From Callorhinchus milii (Eukaryota): a stretch of 64,000 nt of DNA. A model generated the notes under the pieces. It saw nothing but the letters and a program-made list of their open reading frames with translations, did not search any database and was not told the DNA's origin. Below, piece after piece: positions 12,575 to 25,452 of the stretch (positions are counted from its first letter, which is position 1; each line of letters opens with the position of its first letter). Where the stretch lies: NCBI RefSeq assembly GCF_018977255.1, contig NW_024704742.1, positions 51,524,001 through 51,588,000 on the forward strand, in the 5' to 3' direction. Position numbers and translations under genes: made by a program.

Positions 12575-13100
12575 AGATTGTATTACCAGCCTATATTGCC
12601 TCCCCTCATTCTTTCTTCCAAAATGCATTACCTCGCATTTCTCCACATTGAAATTCATCTGCCATGTGTCTGCCCATTTTACCATTCTGTCTATGTCTTC
12701 CTGCAGTTGGCTACTATGCTTCTCACTGTTTACTATCCTACCTACCTTTGTGTCGTCCGTAAACTTAGAAATAGTACTTGCTATACCCAAGTCCAGATCA
12801 TTTATATATATTAAGAAGAGCAGTGGTCCTAATACCGATCCCTGGGGGACCCACTGCAGTCCAGTCAGAAAAGCAGTCGTTCTCTGCTTTCTGTCTCCCA
12901 GACAGTTCTGGATCCACGCTGCCACTGTCCCTTTTATACCATGGGCTTCTATCTTTCTTACAAGTCTTTTATGTGGCACTTTGTCAAATGCCTTTTGAAA
13001 ATCCATATAAACTACATCAACTTCACTACCTTCATCCATCCTCTCCGTTACCTCATCGAAAAATTCTATTGGATTTGTTAGACAAGATTTGCCTTTAACA
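12575..13100 (-). mobile_element. CR1 RT fragment (continuation of 11354-12062)
   Basis: [50 protein letters not shown], with internal deletions. Confidence 0.95.
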
Positions 13101-13420
13101 AATAATAATAATAATAATCCTTGCATTTGATATAGCGCTTTTCACGTTGGGAGGACGGCCCAAAGCGCTTCACAGAACACACTGTAAAGTGAATTGACTG
13201 TATATTTGTGGGCGAACGCGGCAGCCAATTGCGCAAAGCAATGTCCCACAAACAGTCGTAGATTGAAAATGACCAATTTGTTATTGTTTTTGGTTTTGGA
13301 GGGATTATTATTAGGCTCTGTGTGGAGTAAGGAAACTTGCCCAAGGTTTCGCCCTCTGCCTGGAATTGAACTCAGGTCTCTCACTTGCAAAGCGAGTGCT
13401 CTAACCACTGAGCTACAGGA
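13101..13420 (-). mobile_element. tRNA-SINE (internally deleted variant) inserted in CR1
   Basis: Head ctaaccactgagctacagga; (aat)n tail; acaaat present on both sides. Confidence 0.92.
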
Positions 13421-13438
13421 CTTGGGTATAGCAAGTAC

Positions 13439-14050
13439 AAATCTGTGTTGGCTGTCCCTAATTAACCCATATTCTTTTAAATGAAGATTTATTCTGTCCC
13501 GGATTATAGCCTCCAGGAGTTTCCCCACTACTGATGTTAGGCTGACTGGCCTGTAGTTCCCAGGTTTGTCCTTCTGTCCCTTTTTGTACAGGGGAGTCAC
13601 ATTGGCCACTCTCCAGTCCTCTGGCACCATCCCTGTGTCCAACGAAGATTGAAAAATTGTAGCCATAGTCTCCCTTGCCTCCCATAGTAACCTTGGCTGC
13701 ATCCCGTCCGGACTGGGCGACTTATCTACCTTGAGCCCAGTCAACCTTTTCAGTACTTCCTCTCTGTTTATACTTATCCTATCCATTTCCATTTCCTCTA
13801 CCCTCTCCTCCGATACTGCGGCATTTGGTGCATCTACTTCTTTTGTGAAGGCAGGTGCAATTCAATATGTCAGCCATGCCCTCTGCCTCCACAATAAGAT
13901 TTCCACCTTGGTCCTTAATTGGCCCCACTCTACCTTTGACTAACCTTTTTTTCTTGATAGGTTTGTAAAATATTTTAGGATTCCCTTTAATGTAACCTGT
14001 TAAACTTTTTTCGCATAATCTTTTTGCCCCTCTTATTTCCTTCTTCAGTT
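13439..14050 (-). mobile_element. CR1 ORF2 fragment upstream of the RT core
   Basis: KSPSPDG..VPEDWRVANVTPLYKKG..PGNYRPVSLTSVVGKLLE. Confidence 0.92.
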
Positions 14051-14799
14051 CTCTTTTTCATAGAGACACAGAAAAATGCATAAAGAGATAGAAAGACACA
14101 TAGACTAATAGACTGGAAGACCCATGTGGAAAGGATTCTTTCCAAACACATATGCAGATAATTCACATGTAACAAATAGAATGGACTGGGAGCACAGCTT
14201 TAAAACAATAAATTACAATAGCCTTTTTCTACACCCTCCAGCAAATGAACTTCTGTTCTACACAAACACTTTTCAACATTAAAAACTCTTGCTGTTCCCT
14301 GTAATTCCATGAGGAACCTGAAGAAGTGTCCACGGTTGCTAATGTTGTTTGAAGGTTTAGTGCAGAATTCAGATGTCAGTCCTGGCTCACCCTTTATGAC
14401 CGAGTCAGTAGGTCTAGTTTTACAAGAGCTGCTTACTGATTTCTACCCAGTGAGTCCTGCAGACATCTGACTGTGTTGGAGTCTGAGAGGCGCTGGAACT
14501 CAGCATGAACACCACGAAGCCAGATCACAACTGAAGGAGGCTCCCCACCCAGCTGGAGATTAGTGACATTCGGTGACTGAGCGGAGTTCTGAGGATCGAT
14601 AACCAGTATGCCCGGTTGCTGAAGGATTCACCATTTATAAATCAATTTGTGACTTTCACAAATCAGGTGCCTACACTAGTACAGGGAAGGCAGAGTCCAG
14701 CTTCATGTGAACATTTGCTTTCCTTGGCAAAAGTTACATCTATTGTTGATTTTGTTTGAAAAAAGGGGATTTATGAAAGAATGGCGCAAAGGGAAACAA

Positions 14800-15075
14800 G
14801 ATCCGCCCTTCAGATGCAACATTAAACCAAGGTCCTGTCTGGCTGTTCAGGTGGCCTTAAAAGATCCCATGGTACTATTGAAAAAGAGAAGGGAATTTGT
14901 CTTGATGTCCTGGCCAATAATCTCCCAGAGAAAATCATTCACTTCATGACTTGAGGGATATTGTTATATTTTGCTGCTGCAAATGCAATGTCATTACACT
15001 TTACAATGAAATCAAGTGAAGAGCTTTGAGATGTATCAATGATGCGATAAGATGCTATAGCAAATGCAAGGTTTA
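14800..15075 (+). mobile_element. Deu-domain SINE, 5'-truncated
   Basis: ttcagatg..attaaaccaaggtcctgtctg..aaaagatcccatggtactatt. Confidence 0.8.
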
Positions 15076-16624
15076 CAATTATGAAATTCAGCTGAAAGGC
15101 AAATCTGCATCTTTGAAAATGGCAAATACTGAGTAAGGATGGTGTTTCTGTTTCCAGGCTACTATACGATGGGAACCACAGGGTGTGGTAGTATGGGCGG
15201 TACTATCCAATACAAATGCTGTGCTGGCAACGCGGTAGGAAAGCTCAGAAAGCTAAGAGATCATTGCCTTCAATTGTGTCCTGTATGGGAGACATGCTCT
15301 TGAAAGACAAACAATAACAAGACATGGTATATGCTGTGTTCACACTTCTACACCACAAATTGCTGAGTTTGTTGTTTCAGCCCTCAGACTGCTCCACATT
15401 GCGAAGTTCGACTGAGTCAGCAGTGGTTCACACACGGCTTCAAAGTGACTGACGGACAATTTGTTTCAACTCGGAACATTTTTCCTTCTGCCCTTAAAAA
15501 CAAATATAATCAATTCTTTTCAGAAAAGTAAACATTTGGCCAAACAAGAGGAAGTGGGTGCTTGAAAGCATTACTCTGGCTTACTGCGCTAAAACTCCTG
15601 CCAGCTTTTGATTGAAGTACCCATGTCACAGTCTGGGCTCAAGTGAGAAACATAAGCATTCCAAATTTAGCCGAGTCTTCAAATATCCAATTTATCCATT
15701 GCCCATGTGCTGCTTTCAGGGATGTGTGCCAGAAATCCTATTTATCTGTGTGTCATATGTGACATCTGTTAACAGTTTCACCATCAAACAGGTCCACAGG
15801 GCTTAATGCCACAATATCATACAGAGGTTATTCTCTCTGTGCGACCTCAAGGTCAAAGAGTTCCCACCTCAATAAAAGCTGGAAGATCCCAGGGTGAATT
15901 TTCAGAATAGAATACTAGCCAAACCAACATAAGACTGCCTTTTTGAAAAATGGCTCTGAAATCATTAGTCTTTTATTGTTTTTTGAGAACACTAAAGAAT
16001 TGGCACGAAAGCAAAAACCGAGCTCAGGTATTTATGGTCTATTGAAGGAAATATATGTCCTTTCCCAAGGCTCTATGTGATGACTCTAACAGAACTCTTT
16101 GCACAGTTAGCAACATACATATAGTTTTTTAAGGATTACTATAGTCTCATTGTATTGTTCTTATATAATAAATGCTGTGCAACCCGGTGATTCAGACTTA
16201 TAAGGACATTTTTATTGATGCCCTTTGCTAAAAACAAGTACAGTTTATTGAACCATTACAAAAAACTACAAAATCTCATCTTTACTGTAGTAATAATGAT
16301 AATCCTTAAATTTGATACAGACCCTTATCATTTCGTCAAGACGACTTAAGAGCTTCACAGGATATACTGTAAAGGGATTGGTCTCTCTGTGTATTTTCTG
16401 TGTATTGAAAATGTAACATTGCAAAATGGAAATCCTTGCACTGTGTGACTCATTTCCAATTTTATTAAAATAATAATAATAAACATTATTAATAATAAAA
16501 TAATCACAATCCATCAAACTGGTAATATTGAAACAGATAAAGTCTGGTATACTTGTGCATGAAGATGGGTAAATCCTGACTTAATTGTTTGGTACAGAGG
16601 AGCTGGTGCTATTGTGTTTCCTTA

Positions 16625-16860
16625 CGATGTATCTATGAAGAGTTCAATATAAAAATATGTGAAGTGGTGAGGTTTGGGAGAAGGAATAGGGAGCAGAATC
16701 ATACCCTGGGCGGTGGAATTCTCAATGGAATGGAGGAACAGGGAGATCTTGGGATACAAATACATTGTTTGTTAAAACTGGGATTGCAGCGAGAAAAGGT
16801 CATTTCAAGGGTAAAAAGGTTTCCAGGTTTTATATACAGAGCCATTGATTACAAATGTCC
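16625..16860 (+). mobile_element. Old CR1 fragment
   Basis: FNIKICEVVRFGRRN..EEQGDLGIQIH. Confidence 0.75.
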
Positions 16861-17285
16861 AAGCGGTGGTAAAAATGAGAAGTGGCTGCAAGGGGAAAGA
16901 GCTTTAGTCTTTTACTGACCTGTTGCTGAGAACCCAGGAGGTGGAGTCAGCTTCATGGTGTCCATTTGCCAAAGTCCCTCAGAACCTGGATTAAATAGTT
17001 GATGTTGAGTAAACCTGGTACAATGTATTAGACTTAGACCTCCAGAACATCAAGGTGGTTGGCATTCATAAGATGTCCTTTGTAGGTTATCCCACCACAC
17101 TGACGTCTGCCAAATAGCTTATGAGGAAACGCTGTGGCTTGGGGCAACAGATGCTGGAATGATTTACCTTGAGTCATGCATTTTTCTTAGTCAAACTTCA
17201 GACTTAGCTGTACATAGCCTTGAGTCAATGAGCTAGGCTACATTGGTACACTGATAGGGTGTAATGAAATACCACTAAACCTGAG

Positions 17286-17652
17286 AATAATAATAATATA
17301 ATAATTCTTGTATTTAATATAGCACCTTATCACGTCTTCTAGACGTCTCAAAGCGCCTTATAGAATATACTGTAAAGTGAATTGACTAAGTTTGATGGCG
17401 AAATTACCCTCAGCAGTGTACCAAAACAGTTGTGGATTAAGTGACAAGATTATTATATTTTTGGGGGAGGGATTATTACGCACCGGAAAAATAATCTGCC
17501 AACTGACTAACACCCAGGATCCTACTCACTGCTAGGTAAACGTGACCATGTGCAATAAGGAAACTTGCCCAGCGTGTCGCCCTGCTCGGGAATTGAACCC
17601 AGGACCTCTCACGTGTGAGGCGAGTGCTCTAACCATCAAACTACAGGACTCC
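17286..17652 (-). mobile_element. Full-length tRNA-SINE
   Basis: Head gaattgaacccagg..gctctaacc..ctacaggactcc; (aat)n tail. Confidence 0.9.
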
Positions 17653-18677
17653 ACAATGTGCTGCTGAGGTGTTGTGTTCAACCTTGGTTTAAATGAATGG
17701 TTGGCAACACAATTCTGTTTCATGCTCCATAATTTCTTTGCGGGTTTTAATAAAAATGCTTTTGGTTTTATCCAACTATGTCCAGCACGCCATCTGAACT
17801 TGGCAATGTACGTTTGGCTAGTGTGAAGGAGCAATGGTAAATTGCCCTGCAATAAACAGCAATGATATCGTAATAGGTCACAATTACAGACTCTAGATCA
17901 AACGTCTCTAAATGTCTCACTGGCAATTTATTGTTCAGATAGTAATATCCTTTTAGCGTTTAAGATCTGACATGATAATTCATTTAGGGTTTAGTAGTAG
18001 TTTACTATATTAAGAATAGGAGTGGGCACCAAATTGGCCCCAACATGAAATCTACTATGAACTTGGCCAGTGTGGGCTTTTAATTCATAAAACACATATC
18101 TGGCTCAAATTCAATGGAAAACAAGGAAACCAGTGAGTTACCAGTGAAAAAGAGGTTTGGAATCTCAGTTATGCGTCAACCCCAAAGGACAGGAGAGTGA
18201 ATATTATATAAGTTTTGTCAAGCTTTCATTCTATTACTTTGTAACTTATGTTCATACAAGTTTTCTGCAGTTAAGTTATACCAGTATTCTACAGCTAAGC
18301 CATTGGATTGAACTTTGACTGGCTCGCATTCCAGGGGAATTTGTGTACTTAGATTGTATCATTACTGGGAGCAATACGGGGCGATTTGTTTATCTAACCT
18401 CTGCTAATCCAGGAGCTTTTAACAGAATTACTGAGAAAGCATTCTTCAGTTTATGAAGAAATAACCTTTGTGAAAAGGTGTAGCACTTTACTTTGGTAAC
18501 GCACCACTTTGAGTAATCACATTCTAGGGTCTTTGTGGTGCAGTTATCAGCTTGTATAGTTTCATGCTTATCTCTATGAATTACATTAATTGTACGGCTG
18601 GAACATGGTTTACTCTGAAAATCAGCACTTAACCAAAGTTTTTAAATTCAAATGTGCTGATACTAAGAAGATCAGAA

Positions 18678-19010
18678 ATGGCTACAAGACATCAACATCT
18701 GCTCCAGTTTGGTGAGGTAAGTCCTTTCTGGCTGACCTTCAGACAGTTGTATATATGAAGAAAAATGGAAATTCTATTCATCTTATTTTCCTTCCATTTT
18801 TTGTGCACCATCTCCAGCTGCTTACATCAACCTTTTTCCCCCCTCAGATTTCCTCTCAAAACACAATTTTAGGAAATCTGAGTTGCAGTTTTGTACTGAA
18901 GTGGTCTCTTTGTAATTTGACTTAAGCACCTCTCTTAAAACATTCCTCACTTCTCATCCCAAGACAAACACACATTTGCAAAGTGTCCATGTGGGTCTCC
19001 TTTCAATAAA
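18678..19010 (+). other. Candidate two-exon small ORF or lncRNA end
   Basis: ATG 18678; GAG|gtaagt donor at 18716; tttttcccccctcag| acceptor at 18848; stop at 18925; AATAAA at 19005. No homology recognised. Confidence 0.15.
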
Positions 19011-20025
19011 AATCGCCCTCCCTTCACCAAAGAGAAGAAGCATGAGTTTAAATTCCAAAAATCCTGGGGTTTAACCATAGATGAATGAAAACGTATATGA
19101 CATCTGTTTACCATCAGCACTTTGTAGAGTAAAAAGAAATCTTTGAACTTCAGCTTTGGGTGTTATGCAATTTTATAATCCAGCTGTTACACACATTTGA
19201 TTGTAGCTGTCAGTAATTAACTAAAAGCTGTAGAGAAATATTTTCCTTGTAAGATTCTTCTGTGACGTGCTGAAAGAATGGGACCCCCCCCCTGCACTAT
19301 GGAATGTACCTCTCTGTACGTATGACCTAACTGATACTAAGATCTAAGCAGCAAAGAGATAGATTAAACTTTGCATTGCCATCAAATCACAGCGTTAAGA
19401 ATGATTTCAGAGAGATATGTGCACAGATGCATTTTTATGTTAGTCACTGAAGTAGGATAAAGAAACTATTTGTCAGAGCCAGTTAGGGTGATATACGGTT
19501 TACACAATTGTACGTGCCTGCTTACAACAACAACTTGCGTATATATAGTGCTTTTCATGTGAGGCAGCATCTCGGAGCATGTAACACTGGCGGAGCTTGA
19601 CACTGAGCTGGAGGGAGGGAGGATGTCACGGTAAGCACGGTTACAGAGGTGCGTGTGCATGCCACTCTTCAAGTGAAAAATCAGGGGCTGCATTTTGGTA
19701 CGAAGAGTATTAAAAGACAATGGAACCATGAAACATAAATATAAAAAAATTGTTAATAACCTGTCTGCTTCATCAGAAAATTTATAGACATATGGTGGAA
19801 GATAAATAACATGTTTATTTCATTTATAATATTGGCAATTACAGCTCCAGCTGTCCCCAACACAGCAAGCTGGCTGCAGCACGCAATGTTTGTTGGTCTC
19901 TGTTGGGCATTGTGGCAGGAAGCTATTATTAGTATTAATAATACTATTCTTCTGAATTGCGTTTCGAAAGAAACAAAGAACTTGCATTTTTGTTGGACCT
20001 TATCAGATCGAAATGTCTCCAAGCA

Positions 20026-20151
20026 CTTTATAATGGTCGTGATTTTTTGTAGGCCACAACAGCAACAAATTACATTTATGTAGGGCCTTTATAATGGTCG
20101 TGATTTTTTGTAGGCCACAACAGCAACAAATTACATTTATGTAGGGCCTTT
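20026..20151. repeat. Perfect 61-bp tandem duplication
   Basis: tttataatggtcgtg..atgtagggcc twice, with cttt microhomology. Confidence 0.97.
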
Positions 20152-20244
20152 CATTTCAGAAGGATGTCCTTAGGCAAACACAGTAGCCATTTACATACAG
20201 TAAGGGTTCCACAAACAACCATGAGATGAACGATGCTGGTGACA

Positions 20245-21055
20245 GCGTGGCTCAGTGTTTTCATCTCTGAGTCAGAAGATTGTGAGTTTAAGCCCCACAT
20301 CCCTATCCTTCAGAGGATCCAGTTCAAGATCCTGGTCCTCACCTATAAAGCCCTCCATGGCCTCGCCCCACCCTACCTCTGTGACCTCCTAAGCCCCTAC
20401 CAACCCGCCCGCTCCCTCCGCTCAGCCGGCTCTGGACTGCTCCATGGCCCCCGACCCACCCGCCCCACCACTGGCAGGAGAGCCTTCAGCCACTCTGCTA
20501 CCAATCTCTGGAATTCCATCCCCCAATTACTCCACCTCGGCCCCTCCTTAGCCTCCTTCAAGTCCCGCCTCAAGACCCTCTTCCTCGACCATGCCATCGG
20601 TCACCCCCCTTCCCCTCCTCTCCCTTCTCCCACCCTGACCCCAGCTCGGGTCTGAAATGCTGTACACTGTCCAGCGCCTTGGGACGTCCTCCCGACGTGA
20701 AAGGCGCTATACAAATGTAATCTTGTTGTTCTTCTTCTTTATACTCATACAGTCTAAACTGATACTCCAGTGCAGTGCTGGGGATTGCTGCATTGTTGGA
20801 AGTGCCTTCAGATGAGCTGAACGTTAAAAATCCCATGGCATGGTTTGAAAAGATGGGAGTTTCTCCCAGTGTTGTAGCCAACAATCCCCCAAATAAAATT
20901 GGTCATTCACTTCACGGTAGTCTGTGGGACATTACTGTACATCGATTGGCAGCTGTATTCCTGTATAAAATACACAGTAACCACACTTTACAGTAAATCC
21001 TGTGCAGTACTTTGAGACATCCCTCTGATGGAAAAAGCGCTACATCAAATACAAA
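20245..21055 (+). mobile_element. Deu-SINE split by an L2 3' end
   Basis: Head to ~20298; body resumes at ~20740 (ctgatactccagtgcagt..aaatcccatggca). Confidence 0.8.
20299..20738 (+). mobile_element. L2 3' end with in-frame C-terminus
   Basis: RIQFKILVLTYKALHGLAPPYL..LWNSIP..SFKSRLKTLF; stem-loop tail followed by ttg/ttc repeats. Confidence 0.93.
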
Positions 21056-21084
21056 TATGTGAACAATTTTATCTGGAGGGTTGT

Positions 21085-21335
21085 GAGTAAACAGGGATAA
21101 ATATCCTATTTGTTTGAAATAGTGCCATAGGATTTTTAAAATCCACCTGAAAAAAGGCAGATGGGACCTAGATTTTACATCTCATTCAGAAGATAGCATG
21201 TCCAACAATGCTGCACTCCACCAATACTGCACTGGAGTGTGAGGATAGACTCGGAGCTCAAACCCTGACATATACTTGAACAATCAAGTATGCCACCCAG
21301 AGTAAGAGTGCTACCAATTGAGCCAAGCCGACAGC
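21085..21335 (-). mobile_element. Deu-SINE 5' portion
   Basis: agtgccataggattttt..tactgcactggagtgt..gagtgctaccaattgagcc. Confidence 0.8.
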
Positions 21336-22919
21336 TGTCAACAAAGATTGGTAGATATTTGACTAAAACGACCAATAAAAGAAAGAGAAGTGTTTGACTT
21401 TCCTGAGTTCTCTTGTTTTCTCTAGATTAAATTATTCTAAAGCAAAACCATGCCCACACTTGTTTGGTTTCAGAAAGGGATATTCATAAGATGACAATCT
21501 TATTCCATACTTTGGGTATTCAAAATATACTACCAGGTTTTTTAATACTATCACTTAAATGTTGTAATATGATCCTATCTATATAGAGAACCAGAGAGCA
21601 GCTGTGGGTCAAATGGAATAAATCAGGATTGGAAATGAGAAAGAAGTTTTAAATTTTATATGATAATTATTTAAACAATGTCTCAACCTGCAATTCAAAT
21701 TAACTTCAGAGCAAATTGATAAATCTATATTTTTAAAAAAATAAAACAAGGACTTTCTTGTTGCAAATAATTGTGAGCATGTTGCTGAATGTTTTATAAG
21801 CCTTGGGCCATATCCTGGGATTTCTTACCAAGAATGTGTGTCTCCCAGATTAGTCATTCATACATGATGGACAGATCGAAGTGAAAGAACTACTAGCATT
21901 ACTGACAACAACCACCCCGACCTCTCTGCTATTCATTCCTACAGACTCGTGAGTGCAGGCGAGGAATTCATTCCCAAACTAACTAGGGATGATCCTTGTT
22001 GTTCTCTTCTGCACCACTTCTAGAGCCTGGCCATTCCCCTTATGTCACAGTGACCAACACTATTTGATTTGGGAACAATAAATTGATACCTGGAGTTAGG
22101 CACCAGAGGTTATGATGAAAGCTAAAGAAATTGTAAATGATTATAGTGGAGAAAACTACAAAATGTTTATAACACAAAAGGAAGTCATTCAGAGAAGGCT
22201 AAGGGGAAATTTTATTGAAGTTTTCTAGATTCTAAGAGGTACAGTACGAGCAAACCAAAGCTAAAACATACTTTGACAAACTCAAAAATAAGGAGGTGTG
22301 AACTCAAAAGAGAGAAGGTGAACAGACATTTTAGATTAACTACTTCATACAGCAGGTGATGAATACAGAGAGCAGCGCTAATTCAAGAGTGAGCCATTTA
22401 TGAAAAGCACATTCTGTATAGTTTTCATTTGGGGATTTACCAGTCGGACCTTGATAGTCTCTTCTCTTCCTGTACATTCCTAAATTCCTGTGGGAAAAGT
22501 GGACTTGATGAGTCAAATGGCACTTTCTTCTTCTGGTCTTAATGAAAGATTATTACAAATCCTTCAAAGACAAAAGAATATGTTCTACATTTCACAAGTG
22601 AGACGGTAGATGGAGATGAATTTCCCTAGTGGAAGCTTTAAGAAGCTCTCATTCAATTGGTGCCAGTTAAAATGAGATATTACACTCAAACCGTAATGGT
22701 TACATGTGCAAAGTAAAACCGTAAACTGCTCCACAAAGAGTAACTAATTCTAGTTCATTTTAGCCACCTGTACGTTGGAATTGGCAATCTTGATTGACAG
22801 AAGGTATCAAAAGAGAAAAGTTTTGACTGAGCAGGAAGAAAATCACCATAATTTTAATGGTAGTAACACAGCATGTTAAACAGCAATTCTACTTGATGGT
22901 AACTTTTCTGACCTTACAG

Positions 22920-23014
22920 AACGAGCATGTATTATTCTCTGTAAATTCGCCAATCTTGGTGGTTTGAGTGAACAACTGTTTTAATGTGTCTCATTATAAA
23001 TTCACGACGCCAAG
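22920..23014 (+). other. Candidate non-coding exon
   Basis: ttttctgaccttacag| ... caag|gtgagt; stops in all three frames. Confidence 0.2.
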
Positions 23015-23174
23015 GTGAGTAACTACCAACATGCGTGATTTAGCGCCAAGGTGCATTTCAGCAAAGAGGGAGGTATGGAATGTCACTCAAAATTTCTGGA
23101 TCCAATTTTTAAAAATCTAAGTGGAGTTTTGCTATAATGATAAATGAAAGATATTCATTTGACTGATGCCATGT

Positions 23175-23602
23175 TGCTTTGTCTGTCAGCTGTTAGTGCT
23201 CCTGCCTCGAATTCAGAAGGTTATAGGTTGAAGCCCAACATTGGGACTTTGAATTCACAGTCTAGGTTGACACTCCAGCACAGTGCTGGGCACTGTTGCA
23301 TTGTTGGAGGTGCCGTCATTCGCAGGAGATATTAAACTGAGGTCCTGTTTGCCTGTTTAGGTGCATGTTAAGATTTTTAATCCTTAATAGATGTTAAAGC
23401 ACTATTTGAAAAGAGAAGGGAACTTCTCCTGATGTCCTAGCCAAGATTCCCCAGATAAAATTGTTCATTTATTTCATGGCTGGTTTAGGACTTGCTGCGC
23501 ACAAATTATACAATGACTACAATTTGTATTAAGTCCTATGAAGTGCTTTGAGACATCCTTCCAATGTGAAAGGTGCTATATCAAATGCTAATATTATTAT
23601 TA
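23175..23602 (+). mobile_element. Near full-length Deu-SINE
   Basis: gacactccagcacagtgctg..tgttggaggtgccgtc..attaaactgaggtcctgt..aaaggtgctatatcaaatgc(att)n. Confidence 0.88.
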
Positions 23603-25452
23603 CTGGTAACTTAAGGGACTCTGAAGTGTTCCTACCTTTAAATTATTTCTCTGGAGTTTTAACTGCATTTTAATAATTTAAGCAAAGAACATTTTTGAAC
23701 TGATCAGATGTCAATTTGTAGCAACGTTATTCCCATGTGACTCAACTATTAGTTTTGCTGCGGTTGGTGTGGTGCTGTTTTATTACCAGTGAATGAATTG
23801 TAAAATTTTCCACAGACATTTAATAGTCAACCACAACATTACTAGTTATTACATCAACGGCTATCAATAAAAGCAAGGGAGGTGGGTGCATTACCACTGT
23901 CTCAAGCAGCTATCAAGACAGCTGTCCACCCGTTTTGGTCTCAATAAAAGAGAAGGCAGGACAAGCTACAGATGCTGACACTAGCTGCTTTATTTTCAGA
24001 ATCGCCATTTCCTCTAGCTGTGAGAGAGTCCCCAAAGCAATGGTATGGCCCCAACATTTTAGTGCAGTTAGAGCATCAACAGAGGGTGCTGCAGGATAAG
24101 AAACAGCAACATGTCAAAAATTGCATCTAATCTAGTAAAGACAAGGAAAAGGAGGAGAGGGAATCTGCTCTGTTCACTAAATGGCAAATTACTTGATGTG
24201 TTTTGGGCTATTCTGCTCTTTTCACTGAATTCAAAACATTTGCAGCAAAGTTCTTATATGGAACTAATAAAACATTATATCTATAGTTTACGTTTTTAAT
24301 GTAACATTATAAACATATGAAAATACTGTAAGTCTAAAAACTTACCTTTGCTGCTGCAAAATACCTGGTTACATGCAAGCATGAATTTGTGCACATTCAC
24401 ACATGATTACTAAGAGGTCCCTACCAATCTTCTACCCATGTGCAACTTCATCCAGGTGTATGTGGATGTCCTCCTGATGAGAAAGGCGCTATATCGGTGC
24501 AATTTGCATATAACCAGTCTTTTTGGCAGTATCACATTTGTTCAACTTCCACATCAGATTCCAATGCAGATAAACGGATACATGGATAACTTGCGGTCAG
24601 ATATATATTGTATATATTATTATAAATATATGTTACTATTCTACCACATATTAGAACTATCACAAATTAGGTTTCACAATTCTAGCCAAGCAAAACTCAA
24701 CTGGTTCTGGGAGGGAGGGAGCTCAAAAGAGAGCTCCCTCCGCTCAGCAGGCTCCGGCCTGCTCCCTGTCTCCCACCCAACCCAACTGGTACTGGGTTCA
24801 GGAACAATCCAAACCTGATCCATGTGCTGCTGGGTGGAACAAGGTGCTCACTGACTAAGCTCATGCTTGACATCAACTGAATAAATCAAGACATTTACCC
24901 AACCTAAAACCCAACCTGCAGACCAGAGGAAGGTCAGTGTTTATTTAGACCAAGCCAATTGAAGCAACTCACAGAACAAAACTTTTCTGTTAACTTATTG
25001 CCAAGTTGGTTCTCTGCCAATGCCTCCACATTAGATGAAGAACTCAGCAGCATGACTATCAATGCTTTGATGATATCACACATTGGTGCAGTAGAGATAC
25101 TGTGAAAAGAGCAGTTTACAAGGACCTTCCCATTTGCCTCCCTCTACTGGCACTTTAAATTCAAGGAGTATGTCATTTGGTAAATTGTACCAAAGCCAGT
25201 GAATTGAGCAAAGTAGGTTGATGCTATGGGGTGATATGATGACTCTAACATGGTGCTCCCTCAAATGCAAGGATTATTATTATAGCTATGGTTGTGAGGC
25301 TATTTACTACAAAGCATATTCTCATAGTTGATGAAGAGAATGTTGTTTGCCTTCACTCACTCCTAAAAATGGCTCTGTGTGCTAGCACCTCCCTATCACT
25401 ATGATCTTCTTCTACCTGACTACTCTGCTCCCTCATAGAATCATTGAATCTT

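Noticed and set aside
15158..15303. Cys-rich putative exon after tttccag
   Set aside because: No homology and no supporting partner exon.
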